Shown here: positions 52,975-64,000 of the stretch, piece after piece
Layout of the letters: the number at the start of each line of letters is the position of its first letter
Position numbering within the stretch: the stretch's first letter is position 1
Assembly (NCBI GenBank): GCA_951406725.2
Contig: OX597816.1
Location: forward strand, 148,738,001-148,802,000
DNA from: Octopus vulgaris
Taxonomy: Eukaryota
DNA: 64,000 nt
Direction: 5' to 3'
The notes under the pieces: model-generated
Databases searched by the model: none
Told to the model about the DNA's origin: nothing
The model's input: only the letters and a program-made list of their open reading frames with translations
Program-made: the position numbers and the translations under genes

Positions 52975-53420
52975 TCTCTCTTATCCTCCTTCCCTTCTAT
53001 CTACTGCCCACACATGACCCGTGACTAATTTTCTCATCTCCCTGCCTTTCGCCACCGGACGTCTAGCTTGCCGGTCAATGTTTATCTCCTCTCTTGGTAT
53101 TTCTCTTTCTATATCCATTCAAAATTTCTTCCAGGCGTTACCCATCATTCTCGTGTTTGGCCGAAAGACCGTATTCATTCCATCTTCGTCAATCGTTTCA
53201 AATTACCTTTGTTTACTTTCGTAAGTCCACTCTGTATTGTTTTGTTTGCTCGAGCCCTAATTCTCCGCAAGTTTTGCAGGTGCCGCCGATATGCAAAGTA
53301 CTCAGTCTTATCGTTAAAGGCATGAAACGATGTATTAGTATTTCGGTCGATAACTGATAAAGAATTAGTGTCCATCTGTGTCTGTCCTGTGTGTACGTAT
53401 TTAATGCATTTTGCATTTAT
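52159..53420 (+). mobile_element. Non-autonomous Helitron-like element with internal foldback (right boundary uncertain)
   Basis: A|TCTATTATATAAAAT start then CTGTCTGTC and CCGATTGCGCTCAAATTTG, typical of Helitron-N 5' ends; inverted repeat at 52540-52777; no clear CTAG terminus seen. Confidence 0.5.
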
Positions 53421-54209
53421 ATATATATATATCGAACCCACAAGAGTAAACAAGAGAGACAGATACAGGCAGAAACAAGGAAAATGCCACTTGTATTTGA
53501 ACACTATACAAATATTCTTTTAAAAAAATTTTCTTTTAATTTTTCTATATTTAATTGTTTAATTGTTACAGTTGAAAAAGTCTCGATGATTGAAACCGAT
53601 ACTGAAATGATTTCTATAACATTATTTTAGCATTTTCTATCTTGACTTTTTTCCATATATATATATACAGTAAAGTAGTAAATATATATATAGTAAATAT
53701 AGTAAATATATATATAGTAAATATATATATATAGTAAATTAACAGTTGGTGATTCACGCACACATGAATTTCACTTGCGTGTGAATTACACGTATGATGA
53801 ATCAGACGGTTGAACATACGCGCAATTCACACGTATCTGAAACACTGACAAATAATAGAGTGAATCATCAACAGCTAACTTATAAATATAAACTCGACGC
53901 AGTATATTGACTGATCTTTTCAACATAAACAGTAGTGAGTGATCTTTTCTGTCGTTTTGTACATATAAATAAACATGTTTCAACTCTCGTTTCAACGATG
54001 GAGACCAGTCGTAACACCGAGTTCTTTTATATCGCGTATTACCATGATCACTTGATCTAAATTTCTCTCTTCTCTCTCTTCCTCTCTCTTCTTTTTCTCT
54101 TTCTCTCTCTATCTATCTATCTATGTATCTTTCCAAATATGTGTATGTATAATTGTATGCTCGTATATGTATGTATGCAGAACAGCTTTTCATTTAAACA
54201 TCTATTAAC

Positions 54210-55365
54210 TAAAACGACAACGTTGTAATTTCATCATTTTATTAGCTTTTTCTCGTATCTATATATCAGCCCCTGAATTTATTTTTACCATCGATCTCAT
54301 CTTCCGGACACAGAATGGCTTTGGCTTCTGTGCTACTCTTTATATAGTAGGCGCCTTATATATACTTTCTCGCCATAACTTGACCGTTGGAGCGTTAGTG
54401 TTCCACGTCAACGGATTTGTAGTTGTGATGTGTATGTTTTACGTTAACTATAGGTTTGTGTTGCGTTGTTTCTATAGTTTTCATAATGAGTCTTCTAAAG
54501 GAAGTATTTTCTGATGGAAGTATTTTCTGATGAAGTGTTTTCCGATGGAAGAGTTTTCCTATCTAGCTTTGTTTTATGGTGTTTAGTGTAATGGGTTGCA
54601 ATTGTTTCTTGTTTTATATGGATAGTAAATCGAAATTCATGGTGAGAGAATGTTGTATTTGTTTGGTCAATATAACAGTTGGAATTGTGGAGTTTGCAAC
54701 TTTCACTTTTACAGACAAATTTACAAATTATATTGATCATTCTAACTTTGTTCTCAAGTTTTCATGCCTTCTGCGTGTTGTTAATAAGGAGGTCTTTAAT
54801 CATATTGCAATTTTATAATATAATGTTAGTCAACTTGTGGTTTGATTTGACGCATTTTTTTCTTCCTTTGATAAGATATGTGTTAGTATGTTCGTTCAGA
54901 CAGAACACTTTTTCATAAATTCACAATGCAATCAAAACAAGAAGCAATTGTAATACGTTCCACCATAAAACAAAGTAAGTTAACAAAACATAAAGAGAAA
55001 ATAGTTCCATACTTTATAGAATGCTTCACATAGATAGAATACTGATTATGGAAGCAATAGTAATATCGCAACGAAAACCTACACCTGGCTTACAACATAC
55101 ATTGTTGCGAATGCATTGGTGTAGACCTCGTAACCCATAAATTTGCAAGTTCTGGTGAGAAAATATATATAAATATAAGGCGTCCATTTTAAAGAGAGTA
55201 GCACAGAAGCTAAAGCCGCTCCATATCTGAAAGAGAACCTAGAAATGTTGATGGTAAAAATGAATTTAGGGACTTTATTATTCCAAACGAACGATAAGGT
55301 TCTGATATGCAGATATGAGAAAAAGTTAATAAAAAGGATAAACTTAGAACATAGTCGTGTTTTCA
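54210..55365 (-). mobile_element. Old Penelope-like fragment (GIY-YIG at ~54540-54740) between diverged inverted repeats
   Basis: NIICKFVCKSESC..CYIDQTNTTFS..FTIHIKQETIATHYTKHHKTKLDRKTL; 54210-54385 is an inverted homolog of 55145-55365. Confidence 0.7.
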
Positions 55366-55414
55366 ATGCTTACACGCACATACATACGTGTGTGCGTTAG
55401 TGTTTGTATATTTA

Positions 55415-55449
<35 letters not shown>

Positions 55450-55799
55450 GTATGATCCTTTTTGTTATGATAAAGTATGTTGCATCAGTGAAGTAATTGA
55501 AGAACGCTATTCTAAGGTTTCACCACAGAGAAAACATTTTAACTGCAGTTATAACATTTTTATACGCATTTATTTCATGTATTTCATTTTCAACTTTAGG
55601 TTGAAACTTCCTGCGTTATCTTAGTTTTGCCAAATTTTTGTCACATGTTCAAATATTTTCAACATAACGCTTCAATATTTTTGTCTTTATTTTGGTTTTA
55701 CTTTTCTCATTAATCCTAGAGCACAAATATATTTAAATGTAGAATGATGTACTATTTACATAAATGCGTGTGTATATGTGTGTAAGAGTATGTGCGTGC

Positions 55800-55855
<56 letters not shown>

Positions 55856-55858
<3 letters not shown>

Positions 55859-56187
55859 TGGCTCAGTGGTTAGAGCGTCGAGCTTACGATCGTGAGGTTG
55901 TGAGCTCGAATCCCGGACCGGGCTGCGTGTTGTGTTCTTGAGCAAGGCACTTTATTTCACGTTGCTCCAGTTCACTCAGCTGTAGAAATGAGTTGCGACG
56001 TCACTGGTGCCAAGCTGTATCGACTTTTGTCTTTCCTTTGGATAACACTGGTGGCGTGGAGAGGGGAGGCTGGTATGCATGGGCGACTACTGGTCTTCCA
56101 TAAACAACCTCACCCGGACTTGTGTCTAGGAGGGTAACTTTCTAGGTGCAATCCCATGGTCATTCATGACCGAAGGGGGTCTTTACC

Positions 56188-56191
<4 letters not shown>
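55856..56191 (+). mobile_element. tRNA-derived SINE family C
   Basis: TGGCTCAGTGG (A box), GAGCTCGAATCCC (B-box-like), TGTGTTCTTGAGCAAGGCACTT body; flanked by (TA)n. Confidence 0.88.
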
Positions 56192-56279
<88 letters not shown>

Positions 56280-57524
56280 TGTGTTCGTGTGTATTTGTGT
56301 GCGCGTGTATGTGTGTACGTGTGTGTGGTTTCCCTTGCACGCCTGTTTCTCAATTACTTTGAGAATAATATATATGCAACATGAAAGCTAAGATTATAGG
56401 AAAAGAGTTTTAAAAAATGTCAAACATCGTGCTGCTCAAACTTCAGAACGCACAGAAATTTTTAAAAAGTCACAAAATAAAATACTTAAAGGCAACAAGG
56501 CGAGTGTTATTACATAAATGAACAAAACTAATTAAAATAATTATTAAAATGGCTTAAATAGATGAAACAGAGAAAATTCTATTTTGATAGGTTTTACTAA
56601 AATATTTTCAATCATTGATAATTGAAGAGAAAGGCAAAATTTGATTCTTTGGAGAAGAGGCAATCCAAATTCTCTCAGATTAGATGTGTGCGAGACCATT
56701 TCTTTTCTAAATTTTCCTGGAATTGTTAAGCAAGAAACAAGTAAAAATAGACTTCTTATATAACAAGCAGAATAAGATTTTTCTAGATGAGAACTAATAA
56801 TGAGTGATAAAAATATTCTCACCGGCATAGAAAAAAGAGGAGAGAAGAGGAACGAATGATAAAATTGTATTACATTCAACAAGATAGAGAGAAAAACATC
56901 TTAAAATATTTCTTTCTTATAGTCAGGGTGTTTTGCATGAAAACAGCCATTGCAGTTCAAAAAATTTGTTGACGTAATTAATTCGGTCTTATAAAAATAA
57001 TTTCAAATTTTAACCAAATTTTTAATTACTGGCATCCGTAAAATTGTTTTAAAACATTAAGTTTTTGAAGAAAAATTTAATCAGTAGGAACTAAAAACAA
57101 CTAGATTTTCAGTGGGAGTCAACATTATTTTTGCATAATAAAAATGCTATCATAAAAATAACCCGAGAAAAAATTTGTTTTTTCTCATTAAATACTGAAA
57201 AATATCAAAATGTTTAACTTTTTTGTATGCTTTAAATCTGTATTTATAGTATCACACGGGTGTGATTGCAATTAAGTAGGAAAAATGTACTCAATACAGT
57301 GAAGAAAAGTAAAGTATTTATTAAAAGCCGACTGTGAGCTCACTACACATGTTTTGCATTATCTATATATGGATGGATGGATATATAGACACACACACAC
57401 ACAGAGACACAAGATAAACTTATCCAGTACTTCCAAGATCATCTATGGCTACTGAACTTTGAAAATTTAGTGTAGTGTATATATTCGATGATTTTAGGAG
57501 AGACGGTGTAATCGTATCTAATAC

Positions 57525-57557
<33 letters not shown>

Positions 57558-57558
57558 T

Positions 57559-57808
57559 AGGCTCGTGGCTTAGTGCTTAGGGTGTTAAACTCATGATCGT
57601 AAGGTTGTGGTTTCGATTCCTGGACCGGGCGATGCGTGATGTTCTTGAGCAAAACACTTCATTTCACGTTGCTCCAGTCCACTCAGCTAGCAAAAATGAG
57701 TGAAACTGCGATGGACTGACGTCCCATCCATCTGGGGAACACATACGACATTGAAACCGGGAAACCGGGCCCGTAAATCTGGCTAAGCTTTAAAAGGGCG
57801 CATTTATT
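57559..57808 (+). mobile_element. SINE family C variant
   Basis: TGGCTTAGTG..GGTTTCGATTCCTGGACCGGGC..TTCTTGAGCAAAACACTT..GTTGCTCCAGTCCACTCAGC; 3' part differs from the 55856 copy. Confidence 0.85.
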
Positions 57809-57809
57809 T

Positions 57810-57865
<56 letters not shown>

Positions 57866-58130
57866 GTCACGTTTTGCAGTATTTTGGCAACTTGTTTACT
57901 TTATTCATTAAGTTACAACTAAAGCAGCCTAGTATTCGAAGTAGAGACCGGCGTGCTAACGTTTCTGCCAGCTCGCCTCTTTCTGCAATCGTTGGCGATT
58001 TTTTTCCTCCGTCTTCTCTTCCTTACATCTTTCCTTTTCCTATGTTAACGTTTCGAAACGTTAAATCCTCCTTCATTCTTTCCTTTCCTGAGCGTTGTTG
58101 TTTTCTCTGTGTTTTCATGTTTGGATTAAC

Positions 58131-58205
<75 letters not shown>

Positions 58206-58211
58206 TGTATG

Positions 58212-58278
<67 letters not shown>

Positions 58279-59980
58279 ATATAAACATATTTCTATATAT
58301 CTCGCCCTTTCTATCACTCAAATCTTTAAGTGTGTAAATATATGTGTGTATGACCTTTATTGAACTCCATCCATTTTTTCCTCTGTCTACTCCTTGGGTG
58401 GGGGTTGTGGAATGTAAAGTCGTCAGGGACCGTTTCCCTTAAGTACCTAGCAGAAGCCTGGCTTCCCAAGCGTGACCAATTTCATTTTTGGTCTACCCTC
58501 TACGTCTTCTGGAGGTTGGCTCGCATTAAAGAATCCGTCTTGTGATCCTTTTCTGTGACATTCAAATTGAGTACATAATATCAAAGCAGAGACCTCTCAA
58601 TGCAGAGAAGTAACGCCTCGGCCTGGAGAGACTCCTTGTCTTCCTAGTAACGTTACTCCATAGATCCTTCGAAGGATCCCTATTCGTCTACTTATATTCG
58701 CGTTCGTACTCTTCGGGTCATTACTCAACATTTTTTACCATGGGTGAAGATAGGCACGAAACCTGAACTGAAAATAGCGATTTGGCTTCTTTTTCTGTTT
58801 TTTTACTAACCTCTCCTCTTCTGTTGAACTCTCAGACCAATATATTTTCCAGTATTTTATCTATTTATGTATGTTAGAATCAATATATCTCCCTCCCCCT
58901 TTTTATATCCCTAATTTTGTGTTTTTATACCTACATCCTATTTGCTCATGTATTATCTCCATACTTTTACGGATATGTGTGCGTTTGTGTGTGTGTGTGT
59001 GCGTGTGAGTGTATCTGTGTGCGTACATCTACCTGCCAACCCACATGCCTTCCGTCATAGCTTACAGCCTACCAACCTATCAACCTATCTATTTATATTC
59101 TCAAAAGATAAACAGTATTATCTCGAAGCTGCAACTATAATTAAAGCTATAAAATTATTGCTGTCCCTGCTTTTGTAAACTGCGTGTCTTTACCCTTTAT
59201 ATTTTACAACCGGCCATCTTCAGGTGAGAAATCTTACACTATTCAAAAGCGACAGTGGCTCAGAGAAAATTCATTGTCTGATAGATAGCCTTCTTCGTTT
59301 TCATGCTATCTTCTGTTCTTCTTCAACTTGTTGTCTTTCATTTTCTAAGTCCTCTTTATCACCTTACCTTTTCTCGATCATCTCCGTTCACATGGTGTTG
59401 TTGCTGTTGTTTGCATTGGTGTTAGTTTTGGAAGTGTTTTTGTTGTTGTTGGTGTTAGTGTTATTTGAGTTGATAGTGCTAGGATTTCTAGAAGTGTTGA
59501 GGGTGTTAGTGGTAATTATATTGATAGTATTGTTGGTAATAATGGTGGAGGTTGTTGTGGTGGTGGTGTTCGCTATGCTGGTAGTATTGGTGTTTTTCTT
59601 GCCTCTCTAATCGATTCATTCTACAAACACCATCGATTCCTTTGCAGTATGCCGTGTTTTCTTTACTTTCTTCTTTCAGTTTCTATTCAGACCGATCTTT
59701 CTAGAATCTCGTGACACATTCTCTTTCGCTTTGCTTTCTTTTTCTTTTCTTATCGTTTTTTTTTCTCTTACTTAATCAATAGAGGATAGTTCGCCTTTTG
59801 CTTGTTCTTGTTGGTTACAGTAAAATTGTAAAGTGGTGAAATTGGCAAAATCGTTATAGCGTTAGATAGAATGCCTTGCGGTATTCGTTCCGACTTATCT
59901 AGCTCTGATTTCAAATCCCTCTGAGATCAGCTTTGCCTTACATTCATCCTTTCGATCTTTCTCTTCAAATTGTCTCTCCC

Positions 59981-60032
<52 letters not shown>

Positions 60033-60203
60033 TTTGTAAGTCAACAGCTCTTGTCTCACTGCGCCATATTTATTGGACTTGAGAATTAAGCTAAGGGTAC
60101 ACGTGCCCTGACATACTCAACCATTTATACGTTAATTTCACGACTAGGAATTCTGTAGATCAAGCAAGCGCATCGTCGAGACCGACGTAGAATCTAGTAT
60201 TAA

Positions 60204-60421
60204 CCCTTTAGCGTTCAAACCGGTCATATCTGACCAAATATTCTACTTGTTTCATATTCAAACTGACCAGATCCTACCTCTCACATCTACTCAACAATGT
60301 AATTCTAAAACTAAACAATTTCTTATCGAACTCTCAAAACCACAAGATAATATATGATTAATTCAAAACAGTGTGAATAAATAAACATTACATTTGACAG
60401 AATAACCTGAATGCTAAAGGG
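60204..60421. mobile_element. piggyBac-type MITE
   Basis: TTAA|CCCTTTAGCGTTCA .. TGAATGCTAAAGGG; right TTAA decayed to TCAC. Confidence 0.65.
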
Positions 60422-60784
60422 TCACAGTTGTTAGTGTTGCAATATATACCTGGTAACTGGTGTTACTGTTATAACTGGTGATGCCTAATCCCAGTCAGCC
60501 ATGAACAAGCAAATCTACATTACGTAGTAGTCAGTCAAACGACTAGGAGCAATTAACAGAGTCAGTGTTCCTATTATACTATGCTTTCGTCTAATTGAAG
60601 ACTACACTATGTATAATGGTTTATCATATGAGGGTGCACTGCTCTTACTTAAATATATTATACTCTCTACTAATCATTTTATACCAGTAATATTACGCTA
60701 ATATCTCTGGTCGTTACCATTGGCTTCCTCTTGAACATGTTTTGTGAAGTCTTCCTGTAGACAGACGTGCTGTGCACAAACCCT

Positions 60785-60850
60785 ACCTGTGATTGAGCAG
60801 GCATTCACCTGTGACTGAGCAGGCCTTCACCTGTGACTGGGCAGGCCTTC
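60785..60850. repeat. 22-bp tandem repeat x3
   Basis: ACCTGTGAYTGRGCAGGCMTTC three times without spacers. Confidence 0.9.
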
Positions 60851-62773
60851 TATGATGAAAAGCATTTCAACTATGACCGTCTTGCCTGTTATTCAGAGTT
60901 TCTAAGACAATATCTTTGGTGTCTTGCGATGGAAAGCGTATGATCTGAGGGAGATTTTACGGCAATCATCTAAAGACTCTCTAGTCATTCAAACAATATA
61001 ACTGTAAATTATGACGGTAGCCTTAAAAAGGCGTATGAAATGGCCTTGGTGAAATGGCCTTGGTGGTGATGGTGGTGGTGCTGCTGCTGCTGCTACTGCT
61101 GCTACTGTTAGTACTACTAATGCTGATACGGATGATAGTGTTCCTTAAGACAAAGAATTTTAATCACATGCCAAAAGATGTGACGAGGATAATGGCAAAA
61201 GAAAATATTGGGGAGCACATCGACATTAATGGGAATTCATGTTTAGTATCGGGTTATAAAAATGTATTCAGTACAATAAAAAACCGCATCGGATCAGAAT
61301 GGTAGAAAGAAAATATCTAATAGCACTTCCTTAATCGGTAAGGAACTCACCAACACATTAAATGCATCTGGAACACCCTGTAGGGTTGACAAGCTTTCCA
61401 ATTTCTGGTTGAAATTCAAACTGTTATGCTGTTCACGTATAATGTGAACAGCATAAAACGACATTCTTTGATCCTGTTTTTCAGTTCTAAAAATAAAAAG
61501 GGAGAAGAGATAGAAGAACAATATCTCAGCTAAATTAGAAACAGTTAACTGTTTCTAATTTATGACAGGTACTTTCAGTGATCTGGTTATCACTCCGGAA
61601 TGGCTATTTAAATGGAAAGTAGCATTAATTCCCATAGATAAAAATTACTGAGATCTACCCACTGAAAATATCAGATACCTGCTAGTCAAAGACCTTACAT
61701 TCATACTCTACAACAGAATGGTTACACACTGTTGCGATGGAATCCGAACACCCCTGTGAAAGGATAAATGAACGGTTCCGAAATGTATAAATACGCATGC
61801 GTGCTGGGGATATCAAAAGAGTATGCGCAATGAGCATTTTGGTGCAGGCAGGTGAGTTTGCAGTTGATTTTTTTGTGTGCCATATTAGATAGTTTATTGA
61901 TGTTAATGATGAATCTGCGTTGTTGTATTTGTTAGCTGGAAAAATTGCTATTAACGGACTTTGTTGAAAAATTGTTTAACTCCCCTACGAGGGAAGGATT
62001 TGAAATTTTGAACTATTGAACTGCAGGGAAAAATACTGTTTTTTGTGAACTTTTTTATTGTTGAAGAATCATTGTGTCCATGGAGGTCAATAATAACGGT
62101 GAGAAAAACTATGCGGAAATCACCAATGTGGTATGCATGAATGTAAACGTGCCCAGAATAGACTATCAGACATGTTTTGGCATGCTCACAGTGGATGGGG
62201 AAGATGTTCGCATCTCCCCACTGAGTGAAGTTACTAATCAAAGAGATAATTGGGCCATCGTCTACAAATGTTTTAACGTAACAGAAAAAAGATTGCAATA
62301 TTGGAGAAAGAAAAAATTGAAAAGTGCCTCGGACCACTTTGGAATGATATTACCTACGTAGCCCGAGTCAAAAGGTTTACCTCCATAGAGGTTCGCTTTA
62401 AGGACGCAGAAACGGCAAGACAACATTCAGTCACAACACTAAAAACTACAGAAGTGACATTGCTACTACCGTATCTGGAACGTAGAACGTCCCGGATCAA
62501 AATCGATGAAGTGCTGTAGCAGAGAAAATATAATCAATATCTTGCCAATTACACTTTCTACCCGTCAAAATTGGCTGGAGTAAAACGTAGAAATTTTAAT
62601 TCAGGCCACACCGGTGGACCTTGAAGAAATCCCCGATCGATTGGTAATTGGGGATGAAGCTATTTCGAAAATACAGGTCGAGGGAAGGAAGCCGCGCTGC
62701 TACAAGTGAGGCAAAAAAAGCCACATAGGAGCAAAGTGCGGCGCCTCAAAAACAAAGGATGACAAGGATTACA

Positions 62774-63003
62774 AGGCGGCAATCTGGCAGAAACGTTAGC
62801 GCGCCGGGCGAAATGCTTAGCGGTATTTCGTCTGCCGTTACGTTCTGAGCTCAAATTTCGCCATGGTCGACTTTGCCTTTCATCCTTTCGGGCTCGATAA
62901 ATTAAGTACCAGTTTCGCACTGGGTTGATGCAACCGACTTAATCCCTTTGTCTGTCCTTGTTTGTCCCCTCTATGTTTAGCCCTTTGTGGATAATACAGA
63001 AAT
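62774..63003 (+). mobile_element. SINE family A inserted into LINE ORF1 with 16-bp TSD
   Basis: AAAAACAAAGGATGAC at 62748-62763 and 63004-63019. Confidence 0.92.
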
Positions 63004-63616
63004 AAAAACAAAGGATGACGATGAGCCCCACCACCCCCTCGACTACAGAAAAAACTGAAAAACCGAAGAAGCAGGAGGAAAAAAGAAACCAAAAAAGAAG
63101 CCAAAAACAAAAAAAAGAAGAAGAAAGCAAAAAAACCCACCCCGACAGACGACATGGGGCCGCTATAACGGAGGTGGAATTTCAAGAGGCGAAAAGGAAA
63201 CCAAATAAAGACAGTGTGTGTCACTAACATCCTCCTAGCCCCATACACCCAAAAAAACCTCCCACATCACCTACAAAATATCATTAACTCACCCCCTTAC
63301 CCATAAAGCCGCCACAGACACGACCACAATGGTCAAATATAACAAAAAGGACATGTACCTAGATGGCATTATCACAAAACACCACCTATCCAAGGTATAT
63401 GATGTAAGTGGGTATGCCAGTATAGATCGTACATTTTATAAACAACTGAAAGATAGAAAAGATGGGAATCTCCAAATTAAATGAGATACCGAAGCTCATA
63501 GATCCACAGCCCGAGACCGAAGAAGAAACAAAGAAAGGTATGGAAAGGAAACAAGTAGTGACGCTGAGGGTAATACCTTAGTAACTAACAAAAGTAAGTT
63601 TCTTTTTTCCCTTCGG

Positions 63617-64000
63617 ATGGCCGGTCTGAATGTCGGCTGCCTCAATGTACGTGGCCTGAGCTCGAAGTGGAAGCAGTCATGTTTTTACGATGACCTCAGG
63701 TCGCATAGAATGGATGTGATGGTGGCTACAGAGACCAAGCTGGATAACTCACGAACCTTCTCGGCACTCTTGGGTGGCTATGAGAAAATAATACTTCCTA
63801 GCCAGACCGGAGGTCGTGGAGGGGTGGTAGTGTTGCTCAGTAAAAGCTTGGCTCTGCATTCTAGAACAATCTTTATTGATCCAGAAGGTGAGTTGGTCGT
63901 TCTCGACTTGACATACAGCAGTACGAACCTTAGGTTGATAGGCATCTATGTGCCTTGTGCTACTGGTAAACAAAACGGTTTCTATCGACGCCTCGAGAAC
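63617..64000 (+). CDS. LINE ORF2 N-terminus, AP-like endonuclease (partial, open to window edge)
   Basis: MAGLNVGCLNVRGL..DVMVATETKL..GGVVVLL..DPEGELVVLD..RLIGIYVP; absent from the ORF track because no stop is reached. Confidence 0.88.
   Translation, partial: MAGLNVGCLNVRGLSSKWKQSCFYDDLRSHRMDVMVATETKLDNSRTFSALLGGYEKIILPSQTGGRGGVVVLLSKSLALHSRTIFIDPEGELVVLDLTYSSTNLRLIGIYVPCATGKQNGFYRRLEN

Larger units (their letters stand above)
61850..64000 (+). mobile_element. Tx1/L1-like LINE 5' portion (UTR, disrupted ORF1, ORF2 start); continues beyond window
   Basis: ORF1 pieces at 62074-62760 with CCHC knuckle GRKPRCYK*GKKSHIGAKC and Lys-rich tail, followed by an APE-type ORF2. Confidence 0.85.

Noticed and set aside
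55856-55925. tRNA gene
   Set aside because: A/B boxes run into a multi-copy SINE body and the acceptor stem is not intact.
59224-59610. Hydrophobic 128-aa ORF as membrane protein
   Set aside because: Degenerate (TGG/TGT/TAG)n low-complexity sequence.
60785-60850. 22-bp repeats as a CRISPR array
   Set aside because: No spacers, three abutting copies, eukaryotic context, no cas genes.
61730-61860. LTR (TG start, TATAAA) upstream of the terminal LINE
   Set aside because: No second LTR, PBS or CA end seen; downstream ORFs are non-LTR type.

Overview
AT-rich, microsatellite-dense eukaryotic DNA, almost entirely intronic or intergenic and built of transposable elements. The SINE families and (TA)n/(CA)n/(GATA)n load suggest an octopus-type cephalopod genome (inference from recalled repeat families, not verified). 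No intact host protein-coding gene can be supported. Recognisable content: three tRNA-derived SINE families in many copies; Tc1/mariner elements (a DD37D maT-like relic, a near full-length DD34D mariner, an internally deleted mariner); hAT- and piggyBac-type MITEs; a Helitron-like element; LINEs (RTE with a Cys/His insert, a CR1-like RT with a 453-aa open frame, HERO- and R4/Dong-like endonuclease tails, a Tx1/L1-like element running off the right edge); and many Penelope-like (PLE) relics. Main non-obvious signals: (1) type I hammerhead-ribozyme motifs tied to PLE terminal repeats, including one apparently intact at 12138-12221 (minus), two foldbacks with a different lesion in each arm, and a strong minus-strand bias; (2) a TE-free island at about 15.2-17.0 kb with a minus-strand TATA/Inr/CCAAT promoter-like cluster, two duplicated ATG modules (MFQxxRQT) and G-U-containing hairpins; (3) a ~360-bp segmental duplication 22 kb apart marked by a shared hAT insertion junction. 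Boundaries of degraded elements were read by eye and are approximate.
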